From Spirochaetaceae bacterium (GTDB lineage Bacteria > Spirochaetota > Spirochaetia > DSM-27196 > PWMO01), in assembly GCA_046541715.1 (NCBI GenBank), contig JBKHCS010000003.1, positions 10,759 to 74,758 of the forward strand: DNA of 64,000 nt. The letters are read 5' to 3'. Numbering within the stretch: position 1 is the first letter of the stretch; every line of letters begins with the position of its first letter. Positions 44,718-51,952 of the stretch are shown here, piece by piece. Position numbers and translations under genes: made by a program. The notes under the pieces were generated by a model. The model was not told the origin of the DNA and made no database searches. It saw nothing but the letters and a program-made list of their open reading frames with translations.

Positions 44718-45248
44718 ATGGACGCACCTGATCTCGACAAAGCCATACGAAAAGTCCCGGACTTCCCCCACGAGGGAATTCTCTTTTACGACATCACCGG
44801 AGTTCTCAACGATCCGGCCGCCTTCGGCTACTGCATAGACGAGGCGGTTCGGCGCTATTCCGGAAAGGCATTTGGGGCCGTCGCCGGGGTAGAGGCCCGG
44901 GGGTTCGCCTTCGCCGCTCCGATCGCCCTCCGGTTGGGCCTTCCCCTGATTCTCGTCCGCAAGAAGGGGAAACTTCCGGGAGAGACCATCTCCGAGGCGT
45001 TCGACCTCGAGTATGGGAAAGCCGTGGTAGAGATACAGCCCGTCGAGGTGCCCGGGGGTGCGAAGGTGCTCCTCGTCGACGACCTGATCGCCACCGGCGG
45101 CACCCTGAAGGCGGCGATGCGGCTCTTCGAGCGAGTCGGGGCGAAGGTTACCGACATCTTCGCGGTTATTGGGTTGCCCTTTCTGAATTTCTCCGACCAA
45201 CTCACCGGTGTCGAGATTCAAACGCTTTTGGACTACGCCGGCGAGTAG
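44718..45248 (+). CDS. apt: adenine phosphoribosyltransferase
   Basis: FPHEGILFYDIT and the PRPP motif VLLVDDLIATGGT. Confidence 0.9.
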   Translation: MDAPDLDKAIRKVPDFPHEGILFYDITGVLNDPAAFGYCIDEAVRRYSGKAFGAVAGVEARGFAFAAPIALRLGLPLILVRKKGKLPGETISEAFDLEYGKAVVEIQPVEVPGGAKVLLVDDLIATGGTLKAAMRLFERVGAKVTDIFAVIGLPFLNFSDQLTGVEIQTLLDYAGE

Positions 45249-45281
45249 ACCGCTCCAGGGTCGCTTACTCGGCCTCCTTAC

Positions 45282-45310
45282 TTGACATAACAATGGCGGC
45301 TCAATACTCT
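45282..45310 (+). promoter_or_regulatory. sigma70-type promoter for the tRNA-Gln/tRNA-Glu operon (TTGACA-N17-TACTCT)
   Basis: Consensus -35, with the -10 ending 18 nt before the tRNA-Gln 5' end. Confidence 0.55.
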
Positions 45311-45327
45311 CTGCGAAGAAAGAGCGA

Positions 45328-45398
45328 TTCCCGGTTGTGTAATGGTAGCACCGCAGATTCTGGCTCTGCTAGTGGGGGTTCGAATCCTCCCCGGGAAG
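45328..45398 (+). tRNA. tRNA-Gln (anticodon CUG)
   Basis: Manual cloverleaf: acceptor TTCCCGG/CCGGGAA (U1-A72, G73), anticodon stem GCAGA/TCTGC with loop TTCTGGC, T arm GGGGG-TTCGAAT-CCTCC. Confidence 0.85.
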
Positions 45399-45403
45399 CG
45401 GAA

Positions 45404-45475
45404 GGCCCCTTCGTCTATCGGCTAGGACGGTAGATTCTCAGTCTACAAAGAGGGGTTCGATTCCCCTAGGGGCTA
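45404..45475 (+). tRNA. tRNA-Glu (anticodon CUC)
   Basis: Manual cloverleaf: acceptor GGCCCCT/AGGGGCT (G1-U72 wobble), anticodon stem GTAGA/TCTAC with loop TTCTCAG, T arm AGGGG-TTCGATT-CCCCT. Confidence 0.85.
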
Positions 45476-45488
45476 AACTCTTTGCGAA

Positions 45489-45514
45489 GGCCGGCGTTCA
45501 CGCCGGCTTTTTTT
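45489..45514 (+). terminator. intrinsic terminator after the tRNA pair
   Basis: GGCCGGCG-TTCA-CGCCGGCT followed by T7. Confidence 0.75.
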
Positions 45515-45556
45515 ATTCTATTGTGTACTACGTGCGTAGGAATGGGAGCACTCGTA

Positions 45557-46744
45557 ATGATACCGGCACTTCTCGTTCTTCAAGACGGTACCGCCTACCC
45601 CGGCTACTCCTTCGGGGCTCCGCCTCTGACGCCGGAGGAGCTAAAGCGGCGGGTAGAAGAGGCGCCTGCCGCAGCCACGGGTATCGGCGAAGTCATCTTC
45701 AATACCGCGATGAGCGGCTACCACGAGATTCTCACCGACCCCTCCTACGTGGGACAGATGGTCGTGATGACGCATCCCCACGTCGGCAATTACGGCACCG
45801 ACCCAGTCTGGCAGGAGCATCATCGTCAGGGCGTCGTGGTGCAGCCGTCGGGGTTCGTGATCCGGGAGAACTACGCCGGCCGTCTGCCCTTCGGGAGGAC
45901 CTCCCTCGGGGCCTTTCTTCAGGAGTCGCGCGTTCCGGGTATCTGCGACGTCGACACCCGGCGTCTGACCCTCTCCCTACGGAGCGAGGGAAGCCTGACG
46001 GGAGCCATTGTCGCGATGCCCGAGGGCGTCACCCGGTGGGAGCGTCCCGAGGCTTTCGCCGGCTACGCCCGGGAGATTGCCGCGATGGTCGGTGCCTTTC
46101 CGGGAATGGAGGGCAGGAACCTGGTCGAGCCCTTTGTTTCGCCGGAGAAGGGAACCGCCGAAGCCGCCTCGGAGGCCTTGAGGACCGGGCGTGGGCTTAT
46201 CGCCGTCGTCGACTACGGGGCTAAGGCGAGCATCGTGGAGAACATTACCCGGCGCGGTCACGAGGTAGTCGTATTCCCGGCCTCCGCCGGGGCACAAGAG
46301 ATTCTCGCCGCCCGGCCGAAAGGGGTCGTTCTGTCGAACGGTCCCGGCGACCCGGCGGTTCTTACCGGACCCATCGAGACCGCCGGAAACCTTATCGGAA
46401 AGGTGCCCCTCCTCGGCATCTGTCTCGGGCACCAGCTTATCGGCCTCGGTCTCGGAGGCAAGACCTACAAGATGAAGTTCGGCCACCACGGGGCAAACCA
46501 CCCCGTCCGAAACCAGGAAACCGGGAGCGTTCAGGTTACCTCCCAGAACCACGGATTCGCCGTCGACGAGAAGAGCCTTCCGCCGGGGGTCACCGTGTGG
46601 CTGCGAAACGCGAACGACGGCAGTGTCGAAGGCCTCAAATCGGAAGAGCGGGGGATGCTTTCGGCTCAGTTTCACCCCGAGGCCGCCCCGGGGCCCCGGG
46701 ACGCCGAATGGATCTTCGACGAGTTCCTAAAGAGGACCCAGTAA
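45557..46744 (+). CDS. carA: carbamoyl-phosphate synthase small (glutaminase) subunit
   Basis: MIPALLVLQDGT N-terminus and the GICLGHQ catalytic Cys motif. The ORF-track start at 45482 would run through the terminator. Confidence 0.9.
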   Translation: MIPALLVLQDGTAYPGYSFGAPPLTPEELKRRVEEAPAAATGIGEVIFNTAMSGYHEILTDPSYVGQMVVMTHPHVGNYGTDPVWQEHHRQGVVVQPSGFVIRENYAGRLPFGRTSLGAFLQESRVPGICDVDTRRLTLSLRSEGSLTGAIVAMPEGVTRWERPEAFAGYAREIAAMVGAFPGMEGRNLVEPFVSPEKGTAEAASEALRTGRGLIAVVDYGAKASIVENITRRGHEVVVFPASAGAQEILAARPKGVVLSNGPGDPAVLTGPIETAGNLIGKVPLLGICLGHQLIGLGLGGKTYKMKFGHHGANHPVRNQETGSVQVTSQNHGFAVDEKSLPPGVTVWLRNANDGSVEGLKSEERGMLSAQFHPEAAPGPRDAEWIFDEFLKRTQ

Positions 46745-49700
46745 TGCCGGCACGACGAGACATTTCCAAGATCATGGTTTTGGGTTCCGGTCCCATCGTT
46801 ATCGGGCAGGCGTGTGAGTTCGACTACTCCGGGAACCAGGCGGTTCGGGCCCTCAAGGAAGAGGGGTACCAGGTAGTCCTCGTCAACCCGAACCCCGCGA
46901 GCTTTATGACGACCCCGGGGCTGGCCGATTCGGTCTACGTCGACCCCCTCGAGCCGGAGTTCCTCGAGGCGATTATCCGCCGGGAGGCCCCGGAGGCCCT
47001 CTTGCCGACCATGGGGGGACAGACGGCGCTCAACGTCGCCCGGAGCCTCCACCACCAGGGGATTCTGAGCCGCTACGGCGTGGAGCTTATCGGCGCCGGA
47101 ATCGACGCGATAGAAGCCGCAGAAGACCGGCTCCGGTTTAAGGAGATCTGCCGGTCCATCGGTCTCGACGTGGCTCGTTCGGCCCTCGTCGGCCACGTTT
47201 CCGAAGCCCGGGATTTCTTGACCCAGACGAGGCTTCCGCTGATTATCCGCCCGAGCTACACCCTCGGCGGAAAGGGCGGAAGCATAGCCTACACCGAGGA
47301 AGAGCTCGAGGGGCTCGTCTCCCGTGCCCTCGACGAAAGCCCGATCCATACCGCGCTTCTCGAGGAGTCGCTTCTCGGGTGGCAGGAGTTCGAGCTCGAG
47401 GTAATGCGGGATAGCCAGGACAACGCGGTCGTCGTCTGCTCGATAGAGAATATCGACCCGATGGGGGTCCACACCGGGGACAGCATTACCGTGGCGCCGA
47501 TCCAGACCCTCCCGGACCGGGAGTATCAAAAGATGCGGACCGATTCCCTCGAGGTGCTCCGGGCCGTCGGTGTCGACTGCGGCGGATCGAACGTCCAGTT
47601 CGCCCTGGACCCGGAGTCCAGACGGCAGGTGGTCATCGAGATGAACCCCCGGGTCTCCCGGTCGAGCGCCTTAGCGAGCAAGGCAACCGGCTTCCCGATC
47701 GCTCGATGCGCAGCCAGGCTCGCCGTGGGCTTCTCTCTCGACGAGGTTATCAACGACATTACCGGGAAAACCGTCTCCTGCTTCGAGCCCGCCCTGGACT
47801 ATTGCGCCGTCAAGGTGCCCCGTTTCGAGACGGACAAGTTTCAAGAGCGGCACGGAACTCTCGGTACTCAGATGAAGTCCGTCGGAGAATCGCTGGCGAT
47901 CGGCCGCTCCTTTCTCGAAGCGTTGAACAAGGCCATTCGGGCCGGAGAGTTCGGTTTCGAGGGTCTCGAGCCCCTGGACCTGGTCTCCACGGCGGTCGAC
48001 GCCATCATCGACTCCCTCCATCCCCGGCGGATCTTCGCCGTCTATACCGAGCTCCTCGAGAAAGGGACGGCCGCGATCGAAGATCTGGCGGCCCGGACCG
48101 GCTACCATCCCTGGGTACTCGAACAGATGGCCCGACAAGCGGAGGTAGAGCGAACCCTCAAGGCCGAGGGAAACGCCGAAGGAAACCGGTTGGCCGGGGC
48201 TTTGGGAGGGGCTGCCGGTACCGAGAACCCGGATCTGCTTATGGAAGCAAAGCGTCTCGGGTACAGTGACCTTCGGCTCGCGTCCCTCTTCGGTATCGAC
48301 GTCCGAGAGATAGAACAGATGCGGAAGGAGCGGGGAATCCGCCGGGCGTATCATATCGTCGACACCTGTGCCGGGGAGTTCGAAGCCGAGACGCCCTATT
48401 TCTATTCGACCTTCGGGGAAATCGACGAGTTCGGAGGTCTCGGAGGCGAGTCAGTTGTTATCGTAGGTTCCGGTCCAAACCGGATCGGACAGGGGCTCGA
48501 GTTCGACACCTGCTGTACGATGGCCTCCTTGTCCTTCCGGGACCGTGGAAGGCCGAGCATCATGGTCAACTCGAATCCCGAGACGGTTTCCACCGACTTC
48601 AACGTCTCCCGGCGTCTCTACCTCGAGCCGGTTACCTTCGAAGAGGTCCAGGAGGTTCTCGAGAAGGAGGGTACCAAGAAGGTCGTGGTGCAACTCGGGG
48701 GGCAGACCGCCTTGAACATGGCCAAACGGCTGGAGGAGCAGGGAGCGGAGATTCTCGGAACGCCCCTGGACGCAATTCTCGGAGCCGAGGACCGCTCCCT
48801 CTTTACCGATATGGTGGCAACCCTAAGTCTCAGGCAGCCGGCGAACCGGGCGGCCCGGTCGGTGGAGGAAGCGATCCGGTCGGTGGAAGAGATCGGATTT
48901 CCGGTGCTCCTGCGCCCCTCCTTTGTCCTCGGAGGGCGCAGTATGGCCGTCGTCTACACCCGGGACGAGCTGACCGCCTTTCTGAACCGGGGGATTCTCG
49001 TTACCCCCGAGAGCCCGGTCCTGGTGGATCAGTTTCTCGAGGACGCCTTCGAGTACGATGTCGACGCCCTCTGTGACGGCGAGAACGTCTACATCGCCGG
49101 GATTCTGCAACACATCGAGGCCGCCGGGGTCCACTCCGGGGACTCCGCCGCGGTGTTCCCTCCGTACAAGGGAGACACCGAGGCGCTCATGCGGATTCGC
49201 GAGGCTACCGCGACCATCGCTCGACGTCTGGGCATTAAGGGTTTTATCAATCTGCAATTCGCGGTCAAAGGGTCCGACGTCTACGTCCTGGAGGTGAATC
49301 CCCGGGCATCGAGGACCGTACCCTTTCTCGCCAAGTCCTCCGGGGTCGACCTGGTCAACCTGGCGGTTGGAATCTGGTCCGGAGAGTCCCTCGCAGACCA
49401 AGGGGTTATGACCGAGGAGGCCCCGGGACTTCCGGGCGTCTCCGAGGGACGCTGCATCTTCGGCTGGGCCGTCAAGGAAGCGGTCTTCTCCTTCGACCGT
49501 TTTGCCGCCGTGGACCCGATTCTCGGACCGGAAATGCGGTCCACCGGAGAGTCGATCGGTCTCGGAAAAAGCTTCGGCGAGGCATTCGCCAAGGCGACCC
49601 TCTCCGCCGGGAGCACGCTCCCCACCCGGGGAAGCGTCTTTGTCTCCGTCCACGACGCGGACAAGGAGACGATTCTTCCGGTAGTCCGGAGTCTGGCGGA

Positions 49701-50046
49701 TATGGGGTTCCATATCGCCGCGACCCGGGGGACCGCCGATTTCCTCTTCCGGAACGGCATGTTCCCCGACGTCATCCTGAAGATCCACGAGGGACACCCG
49801 AATATCGTCGATCACCTCAAGGAGGGAAAGGTGTCCTTGGTCATCAACACGCCCCTCGGGCGCTACACCCAGAAGGACGACGATTACCTTCGCATCGAGG
49901 CGATAAAGGCCAAGGTACCGTACACGACCACCACGAGCGCCGCCGAAGCGGCACTCGAGGGAATCCGCTACTTCCGGAACCAGAGCGCGGATCCCCAAGT
50001 GCTCCCGGATAGCTTGCGATTCGGCCTTTCGAATCTCTTAGGCTGA
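46744..50046 (+). CDS. carB: carbamoyl-phosphate synthase large subunit
   Basis: KIMVLGSGPIVIGQACEFDYSG with duplicated ATP-grasp halves. TAATG overlap with the carA stop. Confidence 0.95.
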   Translation: MPARRDISKIMVLGSGPIVIGQACEFDYSGNQAVRALKEEGYQVVLVNPNPASFMTTPGLADSVYVDPLEPEFLEAIIRREAPEALLPTMGGQTALNVARSLHHQGILSRYGVELIGAGIDAIEAAEDRLRFKEICRSIGLDVARSALVGHVSEARDFLTQTRLPLIIRPSYTLGGKGGSIAYTEEELEGLVSRALDESPIHTALLEESLLGWQEFELEVMRDSQDNAVVVCSIENIDPMGVHTGDSITVAPIQTLPDREYQKMRTDSLEVLRAVGVDCGGSNVQFALDPESRRQVVIEMNPRVSRSSALASKATGFPIARCAARLAVGFSLDEVINDITGKTVSCFEPALDYCAVKVPRFETDKFQERHGTLGTQMKSVGESLAIGRSFLEALNKAIRAGEFGFEGLEPLDLVSTAVDAIIDSLHPRRIFAVYTELLEKGTAAIEDLAARTGYHPWVLEQMARQAEVERTLKAEGNAEGNRLAGALGGAAGTENPDLLMEAKRLGYSDLRLASLFGIDVREIEQMRKERGIRRAYHIVDTCAGEFEAETPYFYSTFGEIDEFGGLGGESVVIVGSGPNRIGQGLEFDTCCTMASLSFRDRGRPSIMVNSNPETVSTDFNVSRRLYLEPVTFEEVQEVLEKEGTKKVVVQLGGQTALNMAKRLEEQGAEILGTPLDAILGAEDRSLFTDMVATLSLRQPANRAARSVEEAIRSVEEIGFPVLLRPSFVLGGRSMAVVYTRDELTAFLNRGILVTPESPVLVDQFLEDAFEYDVDALCDGENVYIAGILQHIEAAGVHSGDSAAVFPPYKGDTEALMRIREATATIARRLGIKGFINLQFAVKGSDVYVLEVNPRASRTVPFLAKSSGVDLVNLAVGIWSGESLADQGVMTEEAPGLPGVSEGRCIFGWAVKEAVFSFDRFAAVDPILGPEMRSTGESIGLGKSFGEAFAKATLSAGSTLPTRGSVFVSVHDADKETILPVVRSLADMGFHIAATRGTADFLFRNGMFPDVILKIHEGHPNIVDHLKEGKVSLVINTPLGRYTQKDDDYLRIEAIKAKVPYTTTTSAAEAALEGIRYFRNQSADPQVLPDSLRFGLSNLLG

Positions 50047-50072
50047 TGCCTCCGTTAGGCTGATGTCTCCGT
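50039..50072. repeat. 17-nt tandem duplication (TAGGCTGATG[C/T]CTCCGT x2) spanning the convergent carB and cimA stops
   Basis: Read directly; 16 of 17 positions identical. Confidence 0.9.
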
Positions 50073-51644
50073 CGCCTCGGCGACGAAGTTGTTGTAGTAG
50101 TACTCCATACTATCAACCAGAGCCTCCCAGGAGGCCTCGACGATGTTCTCGTGAACGCCGACGGTGTCCCAGGATTGGGTGCCGTCACTGGAAGTAATAA
50201 AGACCCGGACCTTGGCTGCGGCGTGGGATTCGGGGTTCAGCACCCGAACCCGGTAGTCGATCAGGCTGATCGTCCGGAGAAAGGGGTAGAGCGGTTCCAG
50301 GGCGTCCCGGAGCGCGTGGTCGAGGGTCTCGACGGGACCGATCCCCACGGCGGCTCCCATCAGCTCTTGAGCTCCCGAGGCGGTCATAAAGATCCGTCCG
50401 ACGGTTTTCGACGGCGTTTGGCTGCTCTTGAAGGACTCTAGATGATAGTTCTTTAGCTCCATCAACGGCTGATACCGCCCGAGACTCCGGCGCATCAAGA
50501 GGTCGAAAGACGCCTCAGCCGCTTCGTATTCGTAGCCTTCGTTCTCCCGAGTCTTGAGCACCTGGATGAGCTCCCCGACGATGGGGGAGGCTTTTTCGTA
50601 CTCGCCGTACTTTCTGATTTTTTCGAGAATCGTCGATTTACCCGCAAGCTCGCTCAAGAGGATCTTGCGTTTGTTTCCCACGAGAGCCGCGTCGGTGTGT
50701 TCCATGAGGTAGTCCGCCTTGGCCAAGACGTCGGCGTGCTGCCCCGCCTTGTGGCTGAACGCCGCCTCCCCGACGTAGGGTTGCCGCTTGTCGGGAATGA
50801 TGTTGGCCTTCTCGGCTACGTATCGCGACAGGAGCGTTAGATGCTCGAGCTGCGCCGCCATGGCCGGCTTGAGCCCCATCTTGATCACGGCGTTCGGAAC
50901 GAAGACGCAGAGGTTGGCGTTTCCCGACCGCTCTCCCCAACCGTTTATGGTGCCCTGAATATGGATTGCCCCGGCATCTACCGCCGCGAGGGAGTTGGCT
51001 ACCGCGGTCCCGCAGTCGTTGTGAAAGTGGCCTCCGAGGGGGCCGAGGTCCGGCTGGGGGAGGGCGTTCATGATGGAGGTTACCTCCGCCGGCAGGGTGC
51101 CCCCGTTGGTGTCGCAGAGAACCAGAACGTCGGCCCCTGCTTCGGTTCCTCGGCGGAGCACCTGTAGGGCGTAGTCCGGGTCGTCCTTGTAGCCGTCGAA
51201 AAAATGCTCCAAGTCGAAGACGACCTCCCGGCCCTCGTCCTTGAGAAACTTTATCGAGTCGTAGACCATGTTCAGGTTCTCTTCGTAGGTCGTCTGGAGC
51301 ACCTTGTCGACGTGGGCCTTCCAGGTCTTTCCGACCACGACAACCGCCGGCGTTTCCGCCGCCAGAATGGCCCGGATATTCGGGTCGGCGTCCGCCTTGG
51401 TGTTGGGTTTCCGGGTCGACCCGAAAGCCGCCACCCGGGCGTGCTCGAAGTGCTCGTGGCGCACCCGTTCGAAGAAAGCCGCTTCTTTCTCGTTCGAGGC
51501 GGGGAATCCCCCCTCGATGTAGTCGATGCGCATTTCGTCTAGCTTGTGGGCGATCTGGAGCTTGTCCTCCAGCGTGTAGCTGATGCCTGTTCCCTGCATT
51601 CCGTCCCGAAGGGTCGTATCAAAGACGAATAGCTGTTTCTCCAC
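50055..51644 (-). CDS. cimA: (R)-citramalate synthase (LeuA/CimA family)
   Basis: FDTTLRDGMQG with the HMGL-like barrel and a C-terminal regulatory domain. At 529 aa it matches the long CimA type as I recall it. GTG start preceded by AGGAG. Confidence 0.75.
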   Translation of the reverse strand: MEKQLFVFDTTLRDGMQGTGISYTLEDKLQIAHKLDEMRIDYIEGGFPASNEKEAAFFERVRHEHFEHARVAAFGSTRKPNTKADADPNIRAILAAETPAVVVVGKTWKAHVDKVLQTTYEENLNMVYDSIKFLKDEGREVVFDLEHFFDGYKDDPDYALQVLRRGTEAGADVLVLCDTNGGTLPAEVTSIMNALPQPDLGPLGGHFHNDCGTAVANSLAAVDAGAIHIQGTINGWGERSGNANLCVFVPNAVIKMGLKPAMAAQLEHLTLLSRYVAEKANIIPDKRQPYVGEAAFSHKAGQHADVLAKADYLMEHTDAALVGNKRKILLSELAGKSTILEKIRKYGEYEKASPIVGELIQVLKTRENEGYEYEAAEASFDLLMRRSLGRYQPLMELKNYHLESFKSSQTPSKTVGRIFMTASGAQELMGAAVGIGPVETLDHALRDALEPLYPFLRTISLIDYRVRVLNPESHAAAKVRVFITSSDGTQSWDTVGVHENIVEASWEALVDSMEYYYNNFVAEATETSA

Positions 51645-51690
51645 CGTTCTCTCCTTTCACAGGCTTTGCCCGACCCGGTTGGGAAGGCCT

Positions 51691-51722
51691 AAAAAAAGGC
51701 CGCCCCTGCAGGAAGGACGGCC
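51691..51722 (-). terminator. intrinsic terminator inside the cimA leader (attenuator)
   Basis: Minus strand GGCCGTCCT-TCCTGCA-GGGGCGGCC followed by U7, with the U run ending 46 nt upstream of the cimA GTG in the same orientation. Confidence 0.65.
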
Positions 51723-51745
51723 TGATAGTCGCGCTACGTTCGGCG

Positions 51746-51844
51746 CTAAGCCCGCTGCACTTCCTGCCTGGTGCCTCCAGGCGGAATAATGAGACCGATA
51801 ATCTCGATAGCAGCAGTAAGGCATAGGGCCTTGGCTCGTTTCAC
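51746..51844 (-). CDS. candidate Ile-rich leader peptide MKRAKALCLTAAIEIIGLIIPPGGTRQEVQRA
   Basis: 32 codons with 5 Ile and 1 Leu within 8 consecutive codons. Lies between a promoter and the terminator. GTG start without an SD. Confidence 0.4.
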   Translation of the reverse strand: MKRAKALCLTAAIEIIGLIIPPGGTRQEVQRA

Positions 51845-51851
51845 GGGTTAG

Positions 51852-51881
51852 AGAGTAGTCAAACTTTCATGTCGGTGTCAA
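51852..51881 (-). promoter_or_regulatory. sigma70-type promoter for the cimA leader (TTGACA-N18-TACTCT)
   Basis: The -10 ends 7 nt before the leader GTG at 51844. Confidence 0.45.
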
Positions 51882-51952
51882 CTGAGTCTTGACAACGCAA
51901 GACGACAAACTTGAGAGTCAAACTCTTCCCGTGGTAAGCTAAAGGAAGAAGA

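Noticed and set aside
45482-45556. ORF-track N-terminal extensions: carA from 45482, carB from 46597, argS from 54097, menA from 33450, opuAC from 35169, mlaE to 27489, gltB from 56315, alaA-like from 7000.
   Set aside because: The extensions run through a terminator, a promoter or the upstream gene. They are Arg/Pro-rich, and family-typical N-termini with SDs occur at the internal starts used in the feature table.
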